Origin: an uncultured Bacilli bacterium
GTDB taxonomy: Bacteria > Bacillota_I > Bacilli_A > RF39 > UBA660
DNA: 61,198 nt
NCBI GenBank assembly: GCA_944331715.1
Contig: CALVIP010000004.1
Span: 1-61,198, forward strand
Reading direction: 5' to 3'
The stretch's first letter is position 1, and each line of letters starts with the position of its first letter. The notes beneath the pieces are model-generated. The model was not told the DNA's origin, did not search any database, and was given only the letters and a program-made list of their open reading frames with translations. A program made the position numbers and the translations under genes. Below, one piece after another: positions 20,793 to 31,008 of this stretch.

Positions 20793-21161
20793 TTATAGTA
20801 CTTCTTTCGCAAGACTTACTATCTTCATATAGTCTTTATCACGAAGTTCACGTGCTACTGGACCAAAGACACGAGTTCCGACTGGACTTTTATCATCTCT
20901 AATGATTACACATGCGTTATCATCAAATTTGATATAACTACCATCTTCACGTCTTACTCCTCTTTTGCTTCTTACGATTACAGCTTTTACAACTTTACCT
21001 TTAGGAAGTGGTGAATTTGGTATAGCATTTTTAACGGTTCCAACAACTACATCTCCGATATTTCCAGTTTTAACATGACTTCCTCCTAGCACTCTGATTA
21101 CTAATAATTCACGTGCTCCTGAGTTGTCTGCAACTTTTAATCTACTTTCTTGTTGTAACAT
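20793..21161 (-). CDS. rplN: 50S ribosomal protein L14
   Basis: [20 protein letters not shown]. Confidence 0.98.
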   Translation of the reverse strand: MLQQESRLKVADNSGARELLVIRVLGGSHVKTGNIGDVVVGTVKNAIPNSPLPKGKVVKAVIVRSKRGVRREDGSYIKFDDNACVIIRDDKSPVGTRVFGPVARELRDKDYMKIVSLAKEVL

Positions 21162-21186
21162 AGATTATCCTCCTTTACCTTAAGAG

Positions 21187-21447
21187 TTATAGAATAACTG
21201 CTTCTTTTACGATTTCTTTTAAGTAGAAATGTTTAGTCTTAGAAATTGGTTTTGTTTCAACGATTCTAACTACATCTCCTACTTTTGCTTTATTTGTTTC
21301 ATCGTGTACACTGTATTTTTTAGATGATTTAACTCTTTTGTGATATTTTGGGTGCATTTTATGTGTTTCTACTAAAACTGTAATAGTTTTATTGTTTTTT
21401 GTACTAACAACTTTACCAACTAATTCATGTGTCATTTTCTTTTCCAT
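21187..21447 (-). CDS. rpsQ: 30S ribosomal protein S17
   Basis: [18 protein letters not shown]. Confidence 0.97.
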   Translation of the reverse strand: MEKKMTHELVGKVVSTKNNKTITVLVETHKMHPKYHKRVKSSKKYSVHDETNKAKVGDVVRIVETKPISKTKHFYLKEIVKEAVIL

Positions 21448-21457
21448 AACTTACCTC

Positions 21458-21661
21458 CTAATCAACCTTTTCTTCTTTCTCACGTTCTTTTAAAACGGTT
21501 TTTAGTCTTGCTACTTGGTGTCTTAATTCTCTAAGGCGTGAAGGTTTTTCTAGGTTACCCATTGCTCCACTAAATCTTAAGTTGAATAGTTCTTCTTTAG
21601 ATTCTTTAAGTTTTGCATTGATCTCTTCGTTTGATAATTCTCTAATTTCTTTAACCTTCAT
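21458..21661 (-). CDS. rpmC: 50S ribosomal protein L29
   Basis: [17 protein letters not shown]; GGAGGTG RBS lies inside the rplP end. Confidence 0.96.
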   Translation of the reverse strand: MKVKEIRELSNEEINAKLKESKEELFNLRFSGAMGNLEKPSRLRELRHQVARLKTVLKEREKEEKVD

Positions 21662-22091
21662 TAGTAACACCTCCTGCTACTTTATCTTCTTTCTTTACAA
21701 ATTTGCAAGTTATTGGTAATTTATGGCTTGCTAGTCTTAATGCTTCACGAGCTACTTCTTCAGAAACACCTGCTACTTCAAACATGATTTTTCCTTCTTT
21801 AACTACTGCTACCCATTCTTCAACATTACCTTTACCTTTACCTTGACGAGTACCGATAGGCTTTTTAGTTAGTGGCATGTGTGGGAATATGTTTATCCAT
21901 ACTTTACCACCACGTTTCATATAACGAGTCATGGCAACACGAGCTGCTTCAATTTGATTTGCTGTAATCCATGCTCCTTCTTTGGCTTGTAATCCATACT
22001 CACCAAAGTGTAACTCACGATTACCTCTTGATTTGCCTTCGTAAGGTAATCTGTGAACACGACGATATTTAGTTCTTGATGGTATTAACAC
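21651..22091 (-). CDS. rplP: 50S ribosomal protein L16 (GTG start)
   Basis: [20 protein letters not shown]. Confidence 0.97.
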   Translation of the reverse strand: MLIPSRTKYRRVHRLPYEGKSRGNRELHFGEYGLQAKEGAWITANQIEAARVAMTRYMKRGGKVWINIFPHMPLTKKPIGTRQGKGKGNVEEWVAVVKEGKIMFEVAGVSEEVAREALRLASHKLPITCKFVKKEDKVAGGVTNEG

Positions 22092-22092
22092 T

Positions 22093-22785
22093 CTAATTAC
22101 CTCCTTTAGCTTTTCTTTCTTTTCTTTCTTTAGTATCTTTACTTACTTTTTTCTTTGATGGTAGGATTTCGCCTTTGTAAATCCATACTTTTACACCAAT
22201 TTTACCATATGTTGTATCTGCTTCACTTGTAGCATAATCAACATCTGCTCTTAATGTATGTAGTGGGATAGTTCCTTCTGTATATCCTTCACTACGAGCC
22301 ATATCAGCACCACCTAAACGTCCTGATACTTTTGTTTTGATACCTTTAGCTCCTGCTTTCATTGCATTTCTAATTGCACGTTTTTGAGCCATTCTAAATG
22401 ATGCTCTATTTGTAATTTGACTTGCAATTGAATCTGCAACTAGTTGTGCATTAAGGTCTGCTTTCTTAATATCAACGATTGATATATTAATGTTTTCACC
22501 AACGACTTTTGATAGTTTATCCTTAAGTTTTGTAATTTCTTCTCCACCACGACCGATGATAACACCTGGACGTGATGTATGGATAGAAACTTCACATTTC
22601 TTTGGAGTTCTTTCTATTTCGACTTTGGCAATTCCTGCATTTTTAAGATTTTTTTCAAGGTATTCTCTAATCTTAATATCATTTACTAATGTTTTAGATA
22701 CTTCACCTTTAGGAGCATACCATTTAGCTTCCCAATCTTTGTTGATGCCAAGTCTTAGTCCGTTTGGATTAACTTTTTGTCCCAT
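22093..22785 (-). CDS. rpsC: 30S ribosomal protein S3
   Basis: MGQKVNP, SGRLGGA, PLHTLRA. Confidence 0.98.
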   Translation of the reverse strand: MGQKVNPNGLRLGINKDWEAKWYAPKGEVSKTLVNDIKIREYLEKNLKNAGIAKVEIERTPKKCEVSIHTSRPGVIIGRGGEEITKLKDKLSKVVGENINISIVDIKKADLNAQLVADSIASQITNRASFRMAQKRAIRNAMKAGAKGIKTKVSGRLGGADMARSEGYTEGTIPLHTLRADVDYATSEADTTYGKIGVKVWIYKGEILPSKKKVSKDTKERKERKAKGGN

Positions 22786-22800
22786 TATAGTTCCTCCTTA

Positions 22801-23133
22801 TTATTTTGTAGCCACTACAATAACTATGTGACTTGTTCTTTTATCATTATGTCCGATGCGTCCACGTGAATCGAATAATACTCTTTTCATTACTGGACCA
22901 GCATCTACACGTGCTTCCTTTACATATAAATCGTCAGCTTCCATACCGTTATTATTAACGGCATTTGCTACTGCTGAATTTAAGACTTTCTTAGTAAGGC
23001 GAGCCGCTTTTTTATTTGTATTTTCTAATATTGCTAGAGCATCACTTACTTTTTTACCACGGATAGTATCAATTACTAAACGAGCTTTAATAGGTGATAT
23101 TCTTTGCATTTTAGCGATTGCTTTTGCTTCCAT
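22801..23133 (-). CDS. rplV: 50S ribosomal protein L22
   Basis: RISPIKARLV, SAVANA, KRTSHI. Confidence 0.97.
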   Translation of the reverse strand: MEAKAIAKMQRISPIKARLVIDTIRGKKVSDALAILENTNKKAARLTKKVLNSAVANAVNNNGMEADDLYVKEARVDAGPVMKRVLFDSRGRIGHNDKRTSHIVIVVATK

Positions 23134-23155
23134 TTTTAACTCCTCCTAGTCTTTA

Positions 23156-23422
23156 TTATTTTTTGTCAGAGCCATGTCCACCATTTTTACGAGTTAAAGC
23201 AAATTCTCCTAATTTGTGTCCAACCATGTCTTCAGTAACATAAACGGGGATAAATTCTTTACCGTTATGAACTGCAAAGGTGTGGCCGATAAATTCAGGA
23301 AAGATAGTAGAACGGCGTGACCAAGTTTTTATTACTTCTTTTTTTCCAGTTTCATTTAATTTTTGAACCTTTTTTAATAGTCTTGGAAATACATAAGGTC
23401 CTTTCTTTAAACTTCTAGCCAT
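23156..23422 (-). CDS. rpsS: 30S ribosomal protein S19
   Basis: [23 protein letters not shown]. Confidence 0.98.
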   Translation of the reverse strand: MARSLKKGPYVFPRLLKKVQKLNETGKKEVIKTWSRRSTIFPEFIGHTFAVHNGKEFIPVYVTEDMVGHKLGEFALTRKNGGHGSDKK

Positions 23423-23433
23423 ATTTTATCCTC

Positions 23434-24264
23434 CTATTTACTATTACGACGACGTACAATAAATTTGTCTGTCTTTTTATTATTTCTTGTTTTATATCCA
23501 AGAGCAGGTTTACCCCATGGAGTAAGAGGTGCCTTACGTCCAACTGGAGCACGTCCTTCACCACCACCGTGTGGATGGTCATTAGGGTTCATAACAGAAC
23601 CACGAACTGTTGGGCGAATTCCCATATGACGTTTACGTCCTGCTTTACCAAGTTTAACTAAGCTAGCATCTTCGTTACCAACAACACCAACTGTAGCCAT
23701 ACAAGTACCAAGTACTTTTCTTTGTTCTCCACTTGATAATCTAATCATTACATATTTTCCTTCACGTCCTAGAATTTGAGCAGAACTACCAGCACTTCTT
23801 GCTAGAGCAGCTCCTTTTCCTGGGCGAAGTTCAATGTTATGAATAACAGTACCTACTGGAATATTCATAATAGGAAGAGCATTTCCTACTTTGATATCTA
23901 CGTTTTCACCGCTTATTACTTTATCTCCTACTTTTAAGTTCTTAGGAGCGATGATGTATCTCTTTTCTCCATCCATATAGTTGATTAATGCAATGTTTGC
24001 TGTTCTATTTGGATCGTATTCTATGCTTGCTACAACACCAGCGATATCTTTCTTATCTCTTTTGAAATCGATAAGACGATATTTTCTTTTAACTCCGCCA
24101 CCTTGATGACGAACAGTTATTTTTCCTTGATTGTTACGTCCAGAGTTTTTCTTAAGTGTTACTGTTAAGCTTTTCTCTGGAGTAGATTTAGTAATCTCTT
24201 CGTTTGTTAGAGTACTCATTTTTCTACGTCCTGGTGTAGTAGGTTTATAATTTCTTATTGCCAT
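23434..24264 (-). CDS. rplB: 50S ribosomal protein L2
   Basis: [25 protein letters not shown]. Confidence 0.99.
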   Translation of the reverse strand: MAIRNYKPTTPGRRKMSTLTNEEITKSTPEKSLTVTLKKNSGRNNQGKITVRHQGGGVKRKYRLIDFKRDKKDIAGVVASIEYDPNRTANIALINYMDGEKRYIIAPKNLKVGDKVISGENVDIKVGNALPIMNIPVGTVIHNIELRPGKGAALARSAGSSAQILGREGKYVMIRLSSGEQRKVLGTCMATVGVVGNEDASLVKLGKAGRKRHMGIRPTVRGSVMNPNDHPHGGGEGRAPVGRKAPLTPWGKPALGYKTRNNKKTDKFIVRRRNSK

Positions 24265-24280
24265 ATTTTAGTTCCTCCTT

Positions 24281-24562
24281 CTAACCAAGATCAATTTGTT
24301 CACCATCAGCTAGAGTTACAATAGCTTTCTTATATCTATTTGTAAGTCCAGTATAGCGACCAACTCTTCTTTTTTTAGGTTTAACATTTAATGTTCTTAT
24401 TTCTTTTACATGTACTTTAAAGATTTTTTCAATAGCTTGTTTAATTTCAATTTTATTAGCTTTAGAAGAAACCTTAAATACATATTGATTCTTCTCTCCT
24501 AGAGAACCACTTTTTTCAGTGATAACAGGAGCTTTGATTATTTCTAAGTATTTAGTATCCAT
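24281..24562 (-). CDS. rplW: 50S ribosomal protein L23
   Basis: PVITEKS, KKAIVTL. Confidence 0.97.
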   Translation of the reverse strand: MDTKYLEIIKAPVITEKSGSLGEKNQYVFKVSSKANKIEIKQAIEKIFKVHVKEIRTLNVKPKKRRVGRYTGLTNRYKKAIVTLADGEQIDLG

Positions 24563-25188
24563 TATTTAAGAGCCTCCTCTATCTTTTTAATAGCTTCACT
24601 AGTAAAGACTACGACATCAGAGTTAACTAAGTCTAATACATTTAATTCATTAGCTGCTATTAATGCTACATTTGGAATGTTTCTAGATGCTAATATTACA
24701 TTTTCTGTAAAGTCCTCTACTACGAATAGTACTTTCTTATCAGCTATTTTTAATGTATTTAATAATGTAATCATTTCTTTTGTCTTTGGAGTAGTAAATG
24801 ATAACTCTTCCATAACGATTACTTCATTATCATTAAACTTATGACTTAAAGCACTCTTTAATGCTAATCTTCTTTCTTTACGATTTTGTTTCTTGCTGTA
24901 ATCTCTTGGTACTGGAGTTCCATATCTTCCTCCACCTACCCATTGTACAGCTCTAATTGAACCTTGACGTGCATGTCCAGTTCCTTTTTGTCTCCAAGGT
25001 TTACGTCCTCCACCACTAACTTCTGAACGATTTTTAGTAGAGTGAGTTCCTTGTCTTAATGATGCTCTTGCTAATATGATTGCATCATATAATACTTTAT
25101 CATTTGGGGTAATAGAAAATATTTCTTCATTTAATTTTAATTCATTTACTTTTTCACCTTTAAGATTTAAAAGATCTATCTTTTTCAT
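24562..25188 (-). CDS. rplD: 50S ribosomal protein L4
   Basis: RSEVSGGGRKPWRQKGTGHAR. Confidence 0.97.
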   Translation of the reverse strand: MKKIDLLNLKGEKVNELKLNEEIFSITPNDKVLYDAIILARASLRQGTHSTKNRSEVSGGGRKPWRQKGTGHARQGSIRAVQWVGGGRYGTPVPRDYSKKQNRKERRLALKSALSHKFNDNEVIVMEELSFTTPKTKEMITLLNTLKIADKKVLFVVEDFTENVILASRNIPNVALIAANELNVLDLVNSDVVVFTSEAIKKIEEALK

Positions 25189-25241
25189 ACTTTTTCCTCC
25201 TTTCACTACATAACATAATTTTATTTAAACTGTAGTGATGA

Positions 25242-26009
25242 TTATTCGTTTGTTGTTTCTGTTGACTCAGTAGTTGCAGCTTCTACTACTTCTTCAGTAT
25301 TAGTATTTTCTTCTACTTCAGTAGTAACTTCAGCTTCTTTCATCTCTTCATAAGTGATTAAGTCTTTAGCAGTATTTTTCTTACCTGGCTTCTTAACAGC
25401 TGTTTTAATTACTACTAGCCCTTCTTTTGGTCCAGGCACATTACCTTTAATTAAAATTACATTATTTTCTAAGTCTACTGCTACTACTTCTAAGTTTTGA
25501 ACAGTAGAGTTTACGTTACCCATTTGTCCTGGTAATTTCTTACCTTTTAATACGTGCATTGGTCTCATTGTTCCAAGAGATCCTACTCCACGATGATATT
25601 GTGAACCATGTCCCATAGGTCCACGACTTTGATTGTGACGTTTAATTACACCTTGGAAACCTTTTCCTTTGCTAACTCCACTAACGTCTACAATTTCACC
25701 AGCTTCAAATACGCTAGCATCTAATACTTGTCCTAAAGTGTAATCAGCTACATTTACGCCTTTTATTTCTCTTAAGAAGCGCTTAGGTTCAGTATTAGCT
25801 TTAGTGGTATGACCCATCTTTGGTTTGTTACTTAGTTTTTCTCTAACTGTTTTATAACCTAATTGAATTGCTTCATAACCATCTGTTTCATTAGTTTTGA
25901 TTTGTGTAACAACATTAGGTTCAACTTCTACAACAGTTACAGGAATAAGTTTACCATCAGTAGTGAATACTTGAGTCATTCCTTTTTTTGTACCTAAGAT
26001 TCCTTTCAT
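25242..26009 (-). CDS. rplC: 50S ribosomal protein L3 with acidic C-terminal extension
   Basis: [21 protein letters not shown]. Confidence 0.97.
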   Translation of the reverse strand: MKGILGTKKGMTQVFTTDGKLIPVTVVEVEPNVVTQIKTNETDGYEAIQLGYKTVREKLSNKPKMGHTTKANTEPKRFLREIKGVNVADYTLGQVLDASVFEAGEIVDVSGVSKGKGFQGVIKRHNQSRGPMGHGSQYHRGVGSLGTMRPMHVLKGKKLPGQMGNVNSTVQNLEVVAVDLENNVILIKGNVPGPKEGLVVIKTAVKKPGKKNTAKDLITYEEMKEAEVTTEVEENTNTEEVVEAATTESTETTNE

Positions 26010-26026
26010 TTTCATTTCCTCCTATT

Positions 26027-26338
26027 TTAGATTGTTTTGATTTTGATATCGACACCACTTGGTAAATCAAGATGTGCTAATGCATCAATCGTTTCTTTAC
26101 TTGGGCTTTTAATGTCAATTAATCTCTTGTGTGTTCTTCTTTCGAATTGTTCACGACTATCTTTATATTTGTGAACAGCTCTTAAAATTGTGAATTTCTC
26201 AATTTCTGTTGGTAGAGGTACAGGTCCAACTATATCTCCTCCAGTTCTTTTGATTGTTTCAACAATTTTAGTTACAGCATTGTCAAGTATCTTATGATCA
26301 TATGCTTTTAACTTAATACGAATCTTTTGTGTTGACAC
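26027..26338 (-). CDS. rpsJ: 30S ribosomal protein S10 (GTG start)
   Basis: [24 protein letters not shown]. Confidence 0.98.
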   Translation of the reverse strand: MSTQKIRIKLKAYDHKILDNAVTKIVETIKRTGGDIVGPVPLPTEIEKFTILRAVHKYKDSREQFERRTHKRLIDIKSPSKETIDALAHLDLPSGVDIKIKTI

Positions 26339-26344
26339 TATTTA

Positions 26345-26458
26345 CGTCCTCCCTTCGCCTATATCTAGTATAGACTTGCTCCGTGTGAATAACCCGATAG
26401 CTGATTAACAACTTAACCTGGCGTATCGACAACCTCCCACATCTAAGCAGTCACACGT
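26345..26458 (-). promoter_or_regulatory. Firmicutes-type rpsJ (S10) leader RNA
   Basis: Minus GATGTGGGAGGTTGTCGATAC...CACGGAGCAAGTCTAT...TAGGCGAAGGGAGG resembles the Bacillus rpsJ 5' leader. Confidence 0.7.
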
Positions 26459-26583
26459 AATTAATATTATCATAGAAATCCCCATAATACAAGCATTTTT
26501 TGAAAGTTTTTTGTAAAAAAATTGACATTTATACCTTATAGAGCAGATAATGAGATAAATAAATTGTGTAAAGGAGTCTAATT

Positions 26584-27198
26584 ATGTTTACAGAAAAAGT
26601 GATAGATAATAAAAATATGAACAAATTAGATGTGTTTTTTGGTTATGCTGCTTTTACTCCGCTTTATAAAAGTAATTTAATTAATAACGACTTATATGCC
26701 TTTTATGAAGATTTTACTATAGGAAATATTCAAGATGTAGATATTCCTATAAATATTGATAAGGATAAAACTGTTAGAATTTGGAGTAGTCGTAATAACA
26801 CTCAAGAGTATTTAAACTTTCTTTACTTTTGTTATAAGCTTCCTAATCAGATATCTGTTATATTTGCAAATGAATATAATAGATATGTTAATAGTGTTGG
26901 GGAAACTGTGCCAGAGGAGATTAAAGAATTATTAAAGTATGAACATAAACTTACTGATGAAGAGAAAGATAGATATAAAAATGAGTGGATAAAATTAGCA
27001 GATGAAAATAGTGAAATAAGGCTTTTCCAAAATGGTAAAATAATTAGTACTAACTATAACTATTTAAATAGTTATATTGACAAGTACTATGATAGAAATA
27101 ATATAAGGCGGACTGTTGCTACTCTTATGGGGAATGATACTGAAAACAATTTAAGTTCTGATATTTATAACTTTTTAATTGAAAGAAAACAAGAGTAA
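26584..27198 (+). CDS. DUF1835/DUF3658-like protein
   Basis: VRIWSS.N..EY, EWIKL..ENSEIR..NGKIIS motifs; TTGACA at 26522. Confidence 0.65.
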   Translation: MFTEKVIDNKNMNKLDVFFGYAAFTPLYKSNLINNDLYAFYEDFTIGNIQDVDIPINIDKDKTVRIWSSRNNTQEYLNFLYFCYKLPNQISVIFANEYNRYVNSVGETVPEEIKELLKYEHKLTDEEKDRYKNEWIKLADENSEIRLFQNGKIISTNYNYLNSYIDKYYDRNNIRRTVATLMGNDTENNLSSDIYNFLIERKQE

Positions 27199-27333
27199 TA
27201 ATGGTATTTCATACTCTTGTATTATTAATATCATTTAATATAGCAATAAAAAGTTAATCTTATTTATATTTTAAATTGCTTTTTTTAGGGAAATAGTGTA
27301 TAATATGATAAATTTTAAGAGGGGGAAAGTTTT

Positions 27334-28221
27334 ATGTTAACAAGAGAATATGTAGAGAAAATGAGAAAGTCAGGTGATATACCAACTGTTAATTTAAAAA
27401 TATTTGATAGTATTTATTCATTACCATTTAGTCAATTTGTAGTAGATCATGAAAACGATACGGAAGAACTTTATACACATTATATAAATGATGTTTTAGA
27501 ACTAAAAGATGATGATCTTATTTCTTATCTAAATGCTATTAAATCTGTAGAAATAGTAGATAATCAGTCTTTAGAAAAAGAAGATAGTTTTTTAATGAGT
27601 TTATATATGCAAACTGAGAGAACTAATGCAATTGACTTTCTAATTAATAATGGAGTTACTCTTAATAGAGATGCTTTTATAAATGCTCATAAACTAATTT
27701 TAAAAGGAACAAGTAGTCAGAAATTTTCTGATAAAGACCATAGAATAGATAATGAAGCATTTGTTGTTAGAGTAGAAAATGGTAATCCTATGATTCGTTA
27801 TTTTGCTCTACCTTATACTGATATTGAAGAGGCAATTAAGAAAATTATGGAATTTTACAATTCTGATACCTATGATGATAGAATATTTCTAAAATCACAA
27901 ATAATTCATGGACTAGTAGCATCATTACAATTATTTGACGATGGCAATACTAGATATGCACGTATTTTACAAAATCTTAAATTAAGTGAACTTACCAATA
28001 AAAAATATAACTATAATCTTCCATTACCTGCTTTGTATGGTACTAGAGCTTATTTCCCACACAGAAGTAAATATCGCGAATTGATTAGCAACCTTGCTAT
28101 TAATCCTAATTATGAAAATTGGGATGCTTGGTTTAATTTTAATCTAAATAGAACAGAAGATGCTATTTTCTTTATAGATAATAAATTAACAGCATATAAG
28201 AAAATGATTTATAGAAAATAG
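27334..28221 (+). CDS. Fic-domain protein with non-canonical motif
   Basis: IH....LQLFDDGNTRYAR; upstream TTGCTT-17-TATAAT. Confidence 0.8.
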   Translation: MLTREYVEKMRKSGDIPTVNLKIFDSIYSLPFSQFVVDHENDTEELYTHYINDVLELKDDDLISYLNAIKSVEIVDNQSLEKEDSFLMSLYMQTERTNAIDFLINNGVTLNRDAFINAHKLILKGTSSQKFSDKDHRIDNEAFVVRVENGNPMIRYFALPYTDIEEAIKKIMEFYNSDTYDDRIFLKSQIIHGLVASLQLFDDGNTRYARILQNLKLSELTNKKYNYNLPLPALYGTRAYFPHRSKYRELISNLAINPNYENWDAWFNFNLNRTEDAIFFIDNKLTAYKKMIYRK

Positions 28222-28232
28222 AGGTGAATTTT

Positions 28233-29126
28233 ATGAACAGACTTATAGATTTACACATTCATAGTAATTTATCTGATGGAGAATTATCTCCTAAAGAAAT
28301 AATTGATAGAGCTGTTAATAATGGGGTTAGTGTTATAGCAATTGCAGACCATGATACAACTCTTGCTTATAATGATGATTTATTTAATTATGCGAAAGAG
28401 AATAATGTTAAATTAATCACCGCTGTAGAAATATCTACTAAGTATAAGGGAATAGGTATTCATGTATTAGGATATAACTTTGATATTAATAATAAAAAGT
28501 TTACTGATAAGTTATACTCGATTAGAAATGCTAGGCATATTTATTTACATGATGTTGCTACTAAATTAAAAGAATTGGGTTATATCATTGATGTAGATTC
28601 TTTAGATAAGATTGATGCTGTTACTAAAGCTCATATTGCTCTTAATATTGTAGAAAATGAAGATAATAAAGAATTACTATTAAAAACTTTTGGACATATT
28701 CCTAGTAAAGGTGAGTTTATTGAAACAATAATGAATGAAGGATGTCCTTGCTATGTAGAAAAAGAAGCTATTAGTCCTAAGGAAGCTAGTGATTTAATAA
28801 GAGAAGCTGGTGGTAAAGTAGTTCTTGCTCATCCTGTCTGTTATAAATATGAAGATGGATTAAATGATGACGATATATTAAACCTAGTTAAAGAAATGAA
28901 GCCTGATGGTATTGAAGCTAATTACATTTATTTAGATATAAATGGTAATAAAATCAATGAAAGTACTCATTGGAATAACTTTGCTAAACATCATAATCTA
29001 ATAACGACAATAGGTTCTGACTTTCATAAGAATGACGGTATTCACTCTGACATTGGTTTAATTAATGAAGATATTGTGCTAAATGATAATGAGATTAACT
29101 CTATTATTGATAATCTTTTAAATTAA
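28233..29126 (+). CDS. PHP-domain phosphoesterase (TrpH/YciV-like)
   Basis: DLHIHS..SDG, IADHDT, VEIS, HVLGY, LAHP, GSDFH. Confidence 0.9.
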   Translation: MNRLIDLHIHSNLSDGELSPKEIIDRAVNNGVSVIAIADHDTTLAYNDDLFNYAKENNVKLITAVEISTKYKGIGIHVLGYNFDINNKKFTDKLYSIRNARHIYLHDVATKLKELGYIIDVDSLDKIDAVTKAHIALNIVENEDNKELLLKTFGHIPSKGEFIETIMNEGCPCYVEKEAISPKEASDLIREAGGKVVLAHPVCYKYEDGLNDDDILNLVKEMKPDGIEANYIYLDINGNKINESTHWNNFAKHHNLITTIGSDFHKNDGIHSDIGLINEDIVLNDNEINSIIDNLLN

Positions 29127-29128
29127 GT

Positions 29129-29151
29129 TTTTCCACAAAAGCTGTGCAAAA
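29129..29151. promoter_or_regulatory. Inverted DnaA-box-like pair, copy 2, within a probable bidirectional terminator
   Basis: TTTTCCACA-AAAGC-TGTGCAAAA. Confidence 0.45.
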
Positions 29152-29159
29152 AACTTTTT

Positions 29160-30371
29160 TTATTGTCTTCTTTCGATATTATAATCTTCTTCTTTTTTAC
29201 TAGCTCTTATAACACTACCTTTTCCATATTTTTTAATAATACTATCCATTACTTCCTCTACCTTATCTACCACTTTCACATCAGATTCTTCAAATAAAGA
29301 CATTTGACTAACTGCTTTCTCTTTTAAATCACCTAATCTTACTCCTATATTTCTAATAGGGTCTTCTTTCCAGCTAGCTTCAAAGATTGTTTTAACTCCT
29401 TTATAGATTTCTTCTGTTACATTAGTAGGATTATCTAAAGTAATTTGATGAGAATAGTTTTTAAATAAATTATTTCTATAAGTAACAGCGATAGTTCCTG
29501 TATATAGTTTTTGGCTTCTTAAAGTAAAAGAGACTTCTTCTGTTTCACTAAATAATATTTTTAATAAGTCTTCTTTTCTCGTTACATCATAAGGCAATGT
29601 TCTTGAGATACTAATACACTTATTTTTAGCATTTCTAGGTTCTACTTTACTATAATCTATTCCTAAAGCTGCTTCTTTAAAGTAATCACCCTGGCTTTTA
29701 AAATGTCTTCTTAATAAATTGATATTAGACTCAGCTAAATCTCTAATAGTATATATTCCTAAGTCATTTAATTTTTTAGCAGAACTTTTACCTAACATAA
29801 ATAAATCATTTACTTTTAAAGGCCACATTTTAGTTTCAATTTCATTTAAATAAAGAGTATGTACTTTATCTGGTTTTTCAAAGTCACTTGCCATTTTTGC
29901 ACATAGTTTATTTTCTCCTATTCCAACATTGACTGTGAAACCAAACTTTTCTTTGATTTCATCTTTTATTTTGTGAGCTAGTGATACATAATCATTACCA
30001 TAAAGAAGTGTAGTACCTGTAAGGTCAAGAAAACATTCATCAATAGAGTATTGTTCTATTACAGGAGTATACTGTGATAGATAATTATATAACTTTTTAG
30101 ACTGTTCTTTATAAAAAGCATAGTTAGGAGAAAATACTTGTAAGTCTTTACATTTACTTCTAGCACTATATAATGTTTCTGCTGTTACTATTCCATATTT
30201 CTTAGCGATAGGACTTTTAGCAAGAACAATACCTCGTCTTGCTTTTTCATCTCCACCTATAACACTAGGAATCTTTCTAATATCTTGTTTATAGCCATGA
30301 TTTAAAAGATAAATAGCAGTCCAAGATAAAAAAGCATTATTAACATCGATATGAAAAATAATTCGCTGCAT
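29160..30371 (-). CDS. dinB: DNA polymerase IV (Y family)
   Basis: IFHIDVNNAFLS, YSIDECFLD, AKMASDFEKP. Confidence 0.93.
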   Translation of the reverse strand: MQRIIFHIDVNNAFLSWTAIYLLNHGYKQDIRKIPSVIGGDEKARRGIVLAKSPIAKKYGIVTAETLYSARSKCKDLQVFSPNYAFYKEQSKKLYNYLSQYTPVIEQYSIDECFLDLTGTTLLYGNDYVSLAHKIKDEIKEKFGFTVNVGIGENKLCAKMASDFEKPDKVHTLYLNEIETKMWPLKVNDLFMLGKSSAKKLNDLGIYTIRDLAESNINLLRRHFKSQGDYFKEAALGIDYSKVEPRNAKNKCISISRTLPYDVTRKEDLLKILFSETEEVSFTLRSQKLYTGTIAVTYRNNLFKNYSHQITLDNPTNVTEEIYKGVKTIFEASWKEDPIRNIGVRLGDLKEKAVSQMSLFEESDVKVVDKVEEVMDSIIKKYGKGSVIRASKKEEDYNIERRQ

Positions 30372-30446
30372 AGTTTTCCCTCCTCTTTACTCTATTATAT
30401 AATACGTTAGTTCTATTTAAAAGAGAAAAAAATAACCAATTAATGG

Positions 30447-30968
30447 TTACTTTGTTCTATTTAATCTTTCTTGTACATCTTTTCTTTTCATAATTTTAAC
30501 AAACATTTTAGATTTTTCTTCTTCATTAGATTTATTATCACCTAGGTTTATAAATTTACCATAAAAAATTCCTGTATGATAAAAGTCAATATCAATGTTT
30601 TTAGGTTTTCCAAAACACATATCCTTATATATAACACTATCTTTATCGAAATCTTTACTTCTTCTTTCTTCTATCTTTCCACATCTCATGCACATACAAT
30701 TCCAGTATATTCTACCTTCATAGTCATCTTTTGTGGCGCCCATAAAATACCAAACAGGATGTGTACAAAGTTCTTGTCTAGCATGGTAAGCTTTCTTACT
30801 TACTATATCTGTTTCTTTTTCTAATTTTCTATATTCTTCATCTGTTTCAGAGAACTTTTTAACTTCAGGTATTTCTAGTAACTCTGACCTTATCTCCATA
30901 AGCTCATTTATTCTTTTACGTTTTTCTTTTAATTCCTCTTCTATTTCTTGTAACTCTTCATTTGTCAT
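30447..30968 (-). CDS. Hypothetical coiled-coil protein with Cys/His cluster
   Basis: AGGAGG RBS; CTHP...CMCMRC. Confidence 0.7.
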   Translation of the reverse strand: MTNEELQEIEEELKEKRKRINELMEIRSELLEIPEVKKFSETDEEYRKLEKETDIVSKKAYHARQELCTHPVWYFMGATKDDYEGRIYWNCMCMRCGKIEERRSKDFDKDSVIYKDMCFGKPKNIDIDFYHTGIFYGKFINLGDNKSNEEEKSKMFVKIMKRKDVQERLNRTK

Positions 30969-31008
30969 AATTAAACCCTCCTACTTATAGGATAGCTCAT
31001 CTAACCAT

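Noticed and set aside
30401-30414. Possible LexA (Cheo) box upstream of dinB (minus AGAACTAACGTATT)
   Set aside because: Only one half-site matches GAAC-N4-GTTC, and no clear box was seen before uvrB.
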